Below are positions 24,270 through 35,600 of a stretch of DNA of 64,000 nucleotides, piece by piece. The notes below the pieces were generated by a model. That model saw nothing but the letters and a program-made list of their open reading frames with translations. It had not been told where the DNA came from and made no database searches. Origin of the DNA: Macrostomum lignano. Its lineage: Eukaryota. Positions within the stretch are counted from its first letter, which is position 1, and each line of letters starts with the position of its first letter. A program made the position numbers and the translations under genes. The DNA lies in assembly GCA_002269645.1 (NCBI GenBank), contig NIVC01000082.1, positions 372,001 through 436,000 of the forward strand, given 5' to 3'.

Positions 24270-25090
24270 TGCTTGCTCAAAATAATTCCCTCTTCACTGT
24301 TTGCTCAGAATAATTCCCTCTTCACTGTTTGCTCAGAATAATTCCCTCTTCACTGTTTGCTCAGAATAATTCCCTCTTCACTGTTTGCTCAGAATAATTC
24401 CCTCTTCACTGTTTGCTCAAAATAATTCAATCTTCACTGCTTGCTCAAAATGATTCCCTTTTCACTGCTTGCTCAAAATGATTCCCTTTTCACTGCTTGC
24501 TCAGAATAATTCCCTCTTCACTGCTTGCTCAAAATAATTCCCTCTTCACTGCTTGCTCAAAATAATTCCCTCTTCACTGCTTGCTCAAAATAATTCCCCT
24601 CTTCAGTGCTTGCTCAAAATAATTCCCTCTTCACTGCTTGCTCAAAATAATTCCCTCTTCACTGTTTGCTCAGAATAATTCCCTCTTCACTGTTTGCTCA
24701 GAATAATTCCCTCTTCACTGCTTGTTCAAAATAATTCCCTCTTCACTGTTTGCTCAGAATAATTCCCTCTTCACTGTTTGCTCAGAATAATTCCCTCTTC
24801 ACTGTTTGCTCAGAATAATTCCCTCTTCACTGTTTGCTCAAAATAATTCCCTCTTCACTGCTTGCTCAAAATGATTCCCTTTTCACTGCTTGTTCAAAAT
24901 AATTCCCTCTTCACTGTTTGCTCAGAATAATTCCCTCTTCACTGTTTGCTCAGAATAATTCCCTCTTCACTGTTTGCTCAGAATAATTCCCTCTTCACTG
25001 CTTGCTCAAAATGATTCCCTCTTCACTGCTTGCTCAAAATGATTCCCTCTTCACTGCTTGCTCAAAATAATTCCCTCTTCACTGTTGGTT
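24270..25090. repeat. 28-bp minisatellite upstream of TNF-like A
   Basis: Unit CTCAGAATAATTCCCTCTTCACTGTTTG. Confidence 0.94.
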
Positions 25091-25494
25091 CAAAGTAACT
25101 ATCCACACTAATTATTTAAAATAATTCCCCTCCGCTAGATAGACTGCACAAAATAATTCCCCAGCAACTAATTTCGAAATAGCGATCCCTCATAAGGTTT
25201 AGCAGTCCTTTAAAACCACCTTTAAGCGCACTTCACTAGTAGGGTAAACTGCCAGACCCTAGGCTGAGCTCGTACAGTCAGCTGACTGCCTTATCGATAA
25301 AAAACGTGAAGTTAGGAAAATAAATTTTAATTTTTCACCACGTGTTAAAAACCCTGGACCATGATGAACTCTAAACTCAAATTAAAAAAGATTATATAAG
25401 CAGACAATAAAAACTGTATATTTTTCAGAAACGTTCCCAGACTTTATTGACATATTTATTATTAAACTTGGATATCAAGTTCGATTTTTCCAGC

Positions 25495-27124
25495 ATGCCA
25501 GAATCTGACTCTGAGCAGGCTTTGAAATTTGTCGAATCGAAAATTTCCAGCTCGAATTGTAGTTCAAATAGCAGCTACATTGCTGTCCCAAGACCATTGC
25601 GCTTTGTAGTGCTACTGGTGTTGCTTATCTCTGCACTCGCTTCAGCGGCCATTGTTCTCTGCTTTGTCAGTCATCATCGCAGCCAGCCTCCCACTGTGAG
25701 TACAGGGGATCAGTTCCTGTTAGATAGGACCAGTTCCTGTTAGATAGGACCAGTTCCTGTTAGATAGGACCAGTTCCTGTTAGATAGGATGAGTTCCTGT
25801 TAGATAGGACCAGTTCCTGTTAGATAGGATAAGCTCCTGTTAGATAGGATCAGTTCCAGTTAGATAGGACCAGTTCCTGTTACATAGGATCAGTTCCTGT
25901 TAGACAGGATCAGTTCCTGTTACATAGGATCAGTTCCTGTTACATAGGATCAGTTCCTGTTACATAGGATCAGTTCCTGTTACATAGGGTCAGCTCCTGT
26001 TAGATAGGATCAGTTCCAGTTAGATAGGATCAGTTCCTGTAACATTGCAGCCTTGCGTTTCGCTGTCAATCAATCGATCTGCAATTCAACATTGTCTCGG
26101 TGAAAGCGCTGGTGGAATTTCGGCAGGCCACCAGAACCTGTTGACCACCCCGTGTCTGACTGAGGAGGGCCTCATGCTGACTGATTCAGGTTGGTCAAAC
26201 TATTAATGGAGGCGGGCGTATTCTCACTTTCTTGCTGCATAATGTGCATCACCCTGTCGCATGAGTTTTAGCTTGAGCAGTGCACTCCTGCATATTTTTA
26301 GAAAGGTCACTCGGTCCGCTAGTCTGCGATGCGAGTTCACACTCTGCCGCCGGCGATTGCAAGCATTCCGGCTTTCTTTTGAATGACAAAAGAGACGTGC
26401 TAGTCGCGTTGAGTAACGGCATTTATGTGATCCATTCCACTGTAAGAGTAAAATAAATTTAACTTTTAAAAGGTTTTTGGATATTTTTCAGGCTATTTTT
26501 AGAATAAGTTTGATGATTAAATGGATAGTGACGTGTCGCTCTCCTATTGGTCGGGCTATTTCTAGAATCAGTCTTGATGGAAATGATAGTGACGTGTCGC
26601 TCTTCTATTGGGTTGGGCTATTTTTAGAATCAGTCTTGATGGAAATGGTAGTGACGTGTCGCTCTTCTATTGGTCATGCTATTTTTAGAATCAGTCTTGA
26701 TGGAAATGGTAGTGACGTGTCGCTCTTCTATTGGTCATGCTATTCTTAGAATCAGTCTTGATGGAAATGATAGTGAGGTGTCGCTGTCCTATTGGTCGGG
26801 CTATTTGTAGAATCAAAAATTTCTTTGCAGTATCTAAACAAACAAAAAATCGAAAAAACAACACAGGTGACCTTCATAGACAACAACTCCAAGAATCACG
26901 TGACATTTAGCGTCATGGTTAACGGCAAGATCCGATTCGACTGCGCCAGTCACAGCGCCCACATCGAGTCGAGAAATCGCTTCACAGCGTGCACTGTGAA
27001 CGGGCTGCTCAAACTGCGCCGTGGCGACTCTGTGAGCTTCCGGGTTCGCAGTTCCTATCGAAGCATCAATCTGCACAAACCTGCTACCCATTTTGCTCTG
27101 TACTTGGTCTCCCGATCAGGATAA
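25495..27124 (+). CDS. TNF-superfamily ligand-like type II membrane protein, paralogue A (about 245 aa)
   Basis: Exons 25495-25695, 26051-26189, 26302-26441, 26867-27124, phases consistent. N-terminal TM FVVLLVLLISALASAAIVLCFV; C-terminal THD-like NGIYVIHSTVTF ... FTACTVNGLLKLRRGDSVSF ... THFALYLV, resembling BAFF/EDA NSCYSAG..L..GD. Confidence 0.8.
25710..26040. repeat. 20-bp minisatellite filling TNF-like A intron 1
   Basis: Unit GTTCCTGTTAGATAGGACCA, about 16 units. Confidence 0.94.
26490..26810. repeat. About 61-bp minisatellite in TNF-like A intron 3 carrying TGACGTGT-N9-ATTGG
   Basis: Five units; motif at about 26529, 26590, 26652, 26713 and a variant at 26774. Confidence 0.92.
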
Positions 27125-27493
27125 GCATAAAAAATCCAGACACTTCAAATTGTCACGACTAACTTTGCTGCCAAATTTTGTAAAAAAAACTACATGTAAC
27201 AACGATGAAAGAAAACCTTCTTTTTGGTAATTTTAACATTTTAACATTCTTTACATTCTTTTTTTACATTCACACTTTCCTCATTGTTTTTCATGTTCAT
27301 TATAAGTCTTGTAACTATTTTCATTATTTTACAATGGTGTACATATTTTTTAAAAGTATACGTTTTACAAATTGTAAATATAAATTTTGAGTAGCAATCA
27401 AGGTGCTTTTTTCAATAGCGCTAAAGCGTTAATTTATTTCTAGAAAATGCTTGCATAAGTTCTTAATTTCTAAGAAAAGACATTACAATTTTA

Positions 27494-27810
27494 GACCGAC
27501 TTTAAAAGCGTTGTGTTTAGAGCGTCGGACTCATGACTGAAAGGTCGGGGGTTCGATTCTCGATCACCAAATCGGAACAATTTGTATCCTTGAGCAAGAC
27601 ACTTAACTCTGCATTGCTTCAGCTCACCCAGATGTAAAATGGGCGCCAGCATTAGCTGGGGTAATTGAGGGTGTGTGGCGACCCCCCAGTCCTTGGACTG
27701 AACAGCCGTACGCAGCCTTCAGATGCGGCTGAGCTGTCGGTTGCACATCCGTCCATTAGGGCAGGTGTAATCAAATATATTAATATTATTATAATTATTA
27801 TCGTCATTAC
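27494..27810 (+). mobile_element. tRNA-derived SINE with CORE-like central domain
   Basis: tRNA-Met-like head (AGCGTCGGACTCATGACTGAAAGGTCGGGGGTTCGATTCTC, B box at about 27550-27559); then CCTTGAGCAAGACACTTAAC...TGTAAAATGGG resembling the MIR/CORE-SINE core; AT-rich (ATT)n tail. Confidence 0.75.
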
Positions 27811-28339
27811 CATCGCTAAGTCCTTGATTTTTCTGCTTTTAGAGGCCTAAAATACCATAATTGACGATAAGAAAATGCTGAAATGCACAAAATTAGTGAA
27901 AGTGCAGCAATTCACGGCGATAAAGTCTAGCTTTTCAAAGCTTTTTCATTTGTACAGGTGCGAGCTACAAATACTCGTAGATAAAGAAGTCAGGTACTTT
28001 GCCTCCAGGCAAGGGAAGGTTGTTCGCACTTATTGAATAGGTCCACTAGTGTAAAACAAACATAGTTAAGGAAAAACGGAGTCAATTTGAACTAGCAGCA
28101 GGTCTTTAGAGTGCAGTTAAACAGTCTGTTTTCATATTTTAAAAATTCTAATACAAGCTAATTATGCTTCGGCAGGAAATAATGTTAAAAAGCTAATGCG
28201 TAGGTATTTCTCGCACTCATATTCCTTGGGGACTTTCTCAAGTTTCTTCATGAGGGTTAGAGGTTCATAAAGAGTTTTTCAGATTTCGTCAATGTTTTCA
28301 CAGGTAATTTCTCAAATTGAGTCAACGTTTACAGGGGGG

Positions 28340-28655
28340 ATTTCTGAGACTGGGTCAATGCTTCATAGGGAATTCTGAGATTGGGTCATTGGTTCATAGG
28401 GAATTCTGAGATGAGGTCATTGGTTCATAGGGAATTCTGAGATTAGGTCATTGGTTCATAGGGAATTCTGAGATTAGGACATTGGTTCATAGGGAATTCT
28501 GAGATTAGGTCATTGGTTCATAGGGAATTCTGAGATTAGGACATTGGTTCATAGGGAATTCAGAGATTAGGACATTGGTTCATAGGGAATTCTGAGATTG
28601 GGTCATTGGTTCATAGGGAATTCTGAGATCGGGTCATTGGTTCATAGGGAATTTG
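28340..28655. repeat. 31-bp minisatellite between the TNF-like genes
   Basis: Unit GGGAATTCTGAGATTAGGTCATTGGTTCATA. Confidence 0.93.
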
Positions 28656-28929
28656 TCAACAAGACAACAAGGATTTTCTATGGAATTTCAAACTTGGTCA
28701 ATTGCTCATATATAAGGAATTACAAAACACCAAAAAGTTCTGAACTGAAAGCATTGAAATTCTGCAATGAAAATGATACATAGAATTTTATTTACATATG
28801 GTAACACTATATGCTCCAATAAATATTACAATGAATGTGCTTAAAAAGGTAATTTTTTGTCTGACAATGACGCTACAGCTAGCTAATTCTGTACAAAAGT
28901 CTATGTCAACAGAAAAATTCTGTCTCAAT

Positions 28930-30326
28930 TTAAATTTTGTGAATGAAAAACTGCGTGCTCTTGTGAAACGGATTGATCGATCGGAACTGCTGAGTGACGC
29001 TGAAGCTGACCACGTCGCCTCGGTTGAATCGACGAACACCGTCTATGGTGCAGCTGGTGAAGCTGTTGCCTTTTTTGGCTCCACCGTTGTGATTGGCGCA
29101 GGACAGCCAAGCGTGGGCTCGACGGTCTCGGCTGAGCTCCGAGGCTGAGCAGACTGGGTCTTTTACGCAATCGGCGGGGTCGACGCGGACGATGGCGCTT
29201 ACGTAATAGTCCAGTGTGTCTACGAACGATATCTGTGGGTTTGATAGCCAATGAGAAGCGTTGCAAATAATCGTTTTTTCAAAACCTATCAGAGAGCTAC
29301 ACGTCATTAACCTCCAGATACCCTCTAAACCAATCAGAGAGCTACACGTCATTAACCTCCAGATACCCTCTAAACCAATCAGAGAGCTACACGTCATAAC
29401 CTTGATACACTCTTAACCAATCAGAGAGCTACACGTCATAGCCACCCAATATTCTCTGGACAAATTAGAAAGCAGCAGTGACTATTCAAGCCCAAAAATC
29501 GCCCTCACCGTCGAGTGAACTCTGTACACTCCATCCACGGGAATGATGACCCCGGTGTCATTGTACGCCAGGTGAAAGCGATTGTGCCTGCAGTTGTCTC
29601 GGCCGCCGTTCTCCAAGTAGGCGTCATCGCGACACGCCAGCGGGCCCAGCTTGTCGCCGAGCTTTGAAACGGCGTCTGCCGCGGAATTTCCAGTCAAATA
29701 TTGTCGCTTTCTTGAGCAGGGCAGTCGCATCTTTGTGCTCAGAGGCTCCTGACATGCTGGCACTTTATTGAATTCGATTGCCAAGTTGATGTACAGAGGC
29801 AAAGTTTTCTGCAATTATGAGAAGTCCGGTCAGGAAATCGCTCGCTTGTAACAGAACTGAAGCAATCGGTACTTGATTTTAACTGAGGATCTGGGAGGCT
29901 GGTGGTCTAGCAACTGAGGATCTGGGAGGCTGGTGATCTAGCAACTGAGGATCTGGGAGGCTGGTGGTCTAGCAACTGAGGATCTGGGAGGCTGGTGGCC
30001 TAGCAACTGAGGATCTGGGAGGCTGGAGGACCAGCTGCTCAATGGCAGCAAAAGAATCCTACCAGGTCCCTGCGCCCGCACAGTCCCACGGAGCTCGGCC
30101 ACAGGCCACCGTCCTGTCCGTGCCGAACGCAGACTTTCCCGAGCAGCACCAGGCAAAGCAGAGCCAGGGCGATCAACAGCGAGACCGCAGCCACACCGGC
30201 GAACCCCGCACAAGCCCTGCTTTGGCAGCAGCGAGATCCGCGCCCAGCAGATGAGTCATCAGCCTCACCCAACTGGATGAAGCTGACATCTGAACTGGTG
30301 CTTGTGCGGGGCTTCTTCTCTGGCAT
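28930..30326 (-). CDS. TNF-superfamily ligand-like type II membrane protein, paralogue B (about 288 aa)
   Basis: Exons 30326-30063, 29808-29509, 29232-28930 (all phase 0). TM AGFAGVAAVSLLIALALLCLVLLG; THD-like VIIPVDGVYRVHSTISF ... FTSCTIDGVRRFNRGDVVSF ... TQFFIHKI. Visibly homologous to paralogue A with an intron at the same codon (after HST). Confidence 0.82.
29280..29445. repeat. About 46-bp minisatellite in TNF-like B intron 2 carrying CCAAT-N9-ACACGTCA
   Basis: CCAATCAGAGAGCTACACGTCA three times plus one CCTAT variant. Confidence 0.9.
29875..30030. repeat. 31-bp minisatellite (AGCAACTGAGGATCTGGGAGGCT family)
   Basis: Five units in TNF-like B intron 1; same core as 48045-49315 and 63857-64000. 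Confidence 0.92.
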
Positions 30327-30989
30327 TTTTATGAAATTTTGAGAAAACAGTAACTCCAATTGCACCCGTTTGAGAAGTTGACAAACCCTGGAGGGCGAGG
30401 TTTAAATAAAAGCTAGCCTCCAACAAGGCACCATGAAGAATTGCACACGCTGGCTCTCTGCCACAAGAGTACACAGAAGAAAAACTAGAAAAAAACAGCG
30501 TCTGCTTGCAGGGTCAGAGTTCCACTTTGCACGTACAATTGCGCGTAATTGCACTTGTGCAATGTTGCTACTACAGCTCTTTCTCTGATTTTAGTAGAAT
30601 GCAAGAGATTTAGTATATTTGGATGTAGGATGTTAAGCCCGATAGAAAACCGAAAACAACCTATAAATAGTAAAATGCAATTGTGACGACACAAGGCGTC
30701 ACAAGGCGAACTTCAATGATTTTGTATTCAGGAGGTTACTGTTTTTTATTATCTATAGAAACACACTTACGATGTCCTGTCCGTCACTTAAGATGCAGGA
30801 AGTAGCGATTTTTTATACTTTGAAATTGTACACTACAGCCTTGTTTGGTTTTCTTTCAAATTTCTTTGCGTTTATCAACTTCAGTTTCAACTCCGAGATT
30901 CTCTTATGATGAAAGTCGCACCCGTGAGATAAGCCTTGCATCCTTTTGAAAATCTCACCACATGCTCTGTACTTTAGATTTAATGGAAA

Positions 30990-31790
30990 TCTCACCCTTG
31001 AGATTCACAAATGATGAAAAATCTCTCCCCTGCGATACACAAATGATGAAGAATCTCACCCCTGAGATTCACGTATCTGATGGAAATCTCACTATATTGA
31101 GATTCACGTATCTGATTAAAATCTCACCATATTGAGATTCACGTATCTGATTAAAATCTCACCATATTAAGATTCATGATCTGATGAAAATCTCACAAAT
31201 GAGATTCACGTATCTGATTAAAATCTCACCAATGAGATTCACGTATCTGATGAAAATCTCACCAATGAGATTCACGATCTGATGAAAATCTCACCAATGA
31301 GATTCACGTATCTGATTAAAATCTCACCAATGAGATTCACGTATCTGATGAAAATCTCACCAATGAGATTCACGATCTGATGAAAATCTCACCAATGAGA
31401 TTCACGTATCTGATTAAAATCTCACCAATGAGATTCACGATCTGATTAAAATCTCACCATATTGAGATTCACGTATCTGATTAAAATCTCACCAATGAGA
31501 TTCACGATCTGATTAAAATCTCACCAATGAGATTCACGTATCTGATGAAAATCTCACCAATGAGATTCACGTATCTGATTAAAATCTCACCAATGAGATT
31601 CACGATCTGATTAAAATCTCACCATATTGAGATTCACGTATCTGATTAAAATCTCACCAATGAGATTCACGTATCTGATGAAAAATCTCACCCATGAGAT
31701 TCCCGTATCTGATTAAAAATCTCACCCACGAGATTCACGAATCTGATGAAAATCTCACCATTACGTTTCCTGTATTTGCTAAAATCTCAA
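30990..31790. repeat. About 32-bp minisatellite with an internal inverted repeat
   Basis: Unit AAATCTCACCAATGAGATTCACGTATCTGATT; AATCTCA/TGAGATT stem. Confidence 0.93.
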
Positions 31791-32627
31791 CCCTGAGATT
31801 CTTTAAAAACCCAGTTGAAAATCTGCATAGTCAGACACTGTACTCACGACAAAATGATAAAGTCATAAGAAGCAGAGAATGGATTTCTAGGAAAGTTCGG
31901 TGCAAAAAAAACAAGGATTGAACATGCGCAGCGAGATCCGATTTCCAAGATATCTCAAAAATGAGATCGTTTATTGCACAGAAAATGTCTCTGGTATTTA
32001 AAAGGACAAATTTGAAAACAGGAAAATATACTAGCTGGTCCAACGATGCGCACTGAAGGTAAAGCATTGAAGGGGCTTCAGTTTTGGATGGAACTGCCAT
32101 ATTATCATATAAAAATATTGATATACACGTATAAAGCTGACTAATCTATATGAATCTGTATCAAATGATTTACGCGATTGAGTTGTCAAGGAGAGCAGGC
32201 AGGCTAAACTAAAGCAACTAGATATCTACTTAAGCAATAATAATGCATTGGCTTGCAATGCGAAATACTAATTTGAATTGCTCAATATGCAACAAGCTCA
32301 TAAAGCAAGAATTACAATGCCAAAGGTCACTGGGTTTTGATGAGGGGCCTTTTTTAAAATTGAGAAAATGTACACGAAAACTGATTCACCAACAAAATGC
32401 CTGCTGCTGCAATGAGCGGGAGGGGAGAAGAGGAGAGAGAGGGAGAGGGAGAGAGAGGATACTGGACAAGGGGAGAGGAGAGGACAGGGGTAAGGGAGGG
32501 AAGAGAGGGCAGAGAGAGCCAATAGCAGGAAAGCACACCAAACAAAACAATGAAAAAAGCAGTTCCCAAAAAAGCCGGACAGCCAATAGCCAGTCACAGG
32601 CTACTCGTACTAAAAAGGATCCCCCCA

Positions 32628-35600
32628 TCAGATAGCCGGCCTGGGGCTCTGCTCACGCGGCGAGAATGCAGCTTCATCAGCCGGCATCATCATGGGATCA
32701 TAGCAGGGGCACTTGTGACCGGCAGCTCCGCCGGCGCCGCAGGGCGCGCACTTCTTCAGCAGCTCCTTCGACACGGAGGCAACCGCGCAGCCGAAGGTGG
32801 ACATGATCGCCGCGTGGAACAGTTGCGCCTCCTCCCAGCGGTTGTCGGTCAGGCGGCACTCGCCAGCCATCCAGGACTTGTCGTCTTCGCCGCCGATGAC
32901 TCGAAGGCAGCCGGACAGCTTGGCCACTCCGGCGCCGCACAGCAGGTTGGGCAGCGAAGGCCCGGCCTCCCATGCGCCAGAGTCCGGATTGAATGTCTCG
33001 ACGCTGTCGGTGCAGAACTCCGGCAGGATCTCTTTGCGCCAGCGCTCCGACGGGGCCGTGTTGCCGCCGATGACGTACAGTCGGTCGCGGTGTACAGCGC
33101 ACCCGGCCAGAGCTCGAGGCGTCTGCATTGAGGTGAGCTGGGACCAGCTGTCCGACTGGGGGTCGTAGCTGGGGACAGATTTTCAGAGTTGAGCAGTTTA
33201 ATGCGTGTGGTAGGATATTCTGAAGGACAAGCCTGAAGGAAAAATCAGAACCTGAAGGAATGAACCTGAAGGGATGAATCTGAAGGGATGAACCTGAAGG
33301 ATGAAACTGAAGGGGTAAACCTGAAGGGATGAATCTGAAGGGATGAACCTGAAAGGATAAACCTGAATGATTAACCTGAAGGATGAACCAGGGGTGAACC
33401 TGAAGGCATGAACCTGAAGGATGAACCTGAATAGTAAACCTGAAGGATGAACCTGAAGTACAAACCTGGAGGACAAACCTGAAGGACAAACCTGAAGGGA
33501 TGAACCTGAAGGATTAACCTGAAGGATGAAACTGAAGGGGTAAACCTGAAGGAATGAATCTGAAGGGATGAACCTGAAGGATGAACCTGAAGGATGAACC
33601 TGAAGGATGAACCTGAAGGGTAAACCTGAAGGGATGAACCTGAAGGGATGAACCTGAAGGATGAACCTGAAGGGATGAACCTGAAGGATGAACCTGAAGG
33701 GGTGATCCTGAAGGGATGAACCTGAAGGATGAACCTGAAGGGATGAACCTGAAGGGGTGAACCTGAAGGGATGAACCTGAAGGGGTGAACCTGAAGGGGT
33801 GAACCTAAAGGGGTGAACCTGAAGGGGTGATCCTGAAGGGATGAACCTGAAGGATGAACCTGAAGGGGTGATCCTGAAGGGATGAACCTGAAGGAATGAA
33901 TCTGAAGTGATGAGCCTGAAGGGCACCTGAAGGATGAACCCAAAGGGCACCTGAAGGATAAATCTGAGGCCGCTCACCGATAGCAGACATTAACAATCTC
34001 TCCGCGAGCATTCTCCCCGCCGAAGGTGTACAGCCGGCCTCTGTAGGCGTGCCCGGTGGCGCACCGGAGCGGCTGAGGCAGCGGCGCCACGGGGCGCCAG
34101 ACCAGACTCTGCAGGCAGAACTTCTCAACCTGATCCGTGACCTCCTGACCCGTGAAGCCGCCAACCGCGTACACGGCCTGATCGACCAGAACGAATAGAA
34201 ACTGAGTTCGAGGCAGAGCCATCCGAGCCAAGGACTGCCAGGTCCATGAGTTCGAGACGTCTGTCTGCGCGGAGTGCAGCTGGTTGGAGACGCCGTCGCA
34301 GGTGACGCTGCCGCGGACTGAAATTTTCTTCTGGGTGCCGCCGGCCAGGAGCAGCTGGTTGGAGCCCGTGACCACTACGCCTGCGTTGGGTGAGGGTGAG
34401 ATTAGAGATTAAGATATGTGAGAGTTTAGAGTGAGATTAGAGATTGAGATGCGTGAGAGTTTAGAGTGAGATTAGAGATTGAGATATGTGGGAGTTTAGA
34501 GTGAGATTAGAGATTGAGATATGTGAGAGTTTAGAGTGAGATATATGAGAGTTTATGATGAGATTAGAGATTCAGAGAGGTGAGCAAGGGTGAGATTGGA
34601 GATTCAGAGAGGTGAGCAGGGGTGAGATTGGAGATTCAGAGAGGTGAGCAAGGGTGAGATTGGAGATTCAGAGAGGTGAGCAAGGGTGAGATTGGAGATT
34701 CAGATAGGTGAGCAAGGTGAGTTAAGAGATTCAGAGAGGTGATGAGTAAGGGTGAGATTAGAGATTCAGAGAGGTGAGCAAAGGTGAATTAAGAGATTCA
34801 GAGAGGTGAGCAAAGGTGAATTAAGAGATTCAGAGAGGTGAGCAAAGGTGAATTAAGAGATTCAGAGAGGTGAGCAAGGGTGAGATTGGAGATTCAGAGA
34901 GGTGAGCAAAGGTGAGTTAAGAGATTCAGAGAGGTGATGAGTAAGGGTGAGATTAGAGATTCAGAGAGGTGAGCAAGGGTGAGATTGGAGATTCAGAGAG
35001 GTGAGCAAGGGTGAGATTGGAGATTCAGAGAGGTGAGCAAGGGTGAGATTGGAGATTCAGAGAGGTGAGCAAAGGTGAGTTAAGAGATTCAGAGAGGTGA
35101 AGAGCAGAGGGTGAGCAAAGGTGAGTTAAGAGATTCAGAGAGGTGAAGAGCAAGGGTGAGATTAGAGATTCACGAATTTGAGCAAAGGTGCGAAGCATAG
35201 TTTAACGCAAAAGGAACTTTGCTCAGTTTAGTCAATAAAAAGAGAGACGCAGTTTAAGCCCAATAGAATCATGAATATTAATTAAAGGCCATAGTGTCTA
35301 GGCTAGTAAAATTATCACGAGACTCATTCGTGCAGGTAAAAAGTATAGACACACGGTTGTTAGACACATGATGTCCTCTTGTGTCGACAGCTATTTCCTA
35401 GAAATATAAAGCAGTTTGTTTATCGCGTCTCACCGACCGACCACTCTGCAATTAAAAGCCTGCCCCATTGCGCATGAGGACACTTTATAAGGGTATGACA
35501 CTAACTCAAGAAAGACAAGGTAGCTTAGATGTACATTTTAGTATCCAGGGCAGGCCACTTAAATTTCTGTTCTCAAAGCGCAGAATGATAACAAAAGAGA

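Noticed and set aside
26831-26866. Alternative upstream acceptor for TNF-like A exon 4 (tctttgcAG|TATCTA)
   Set aside because: In frame and possible, but it would insert 12 residues into the conserved HST-V-x-F strand; the downstream acceptor matches paralogue B, so it was not adopted.
30990-31790. CRISPR-like appearance of regular palindromic repeats (also 12110-12762 and 42100-46065)
   Set aside because: No unique spacers, no cas genes, eukaryotic context.
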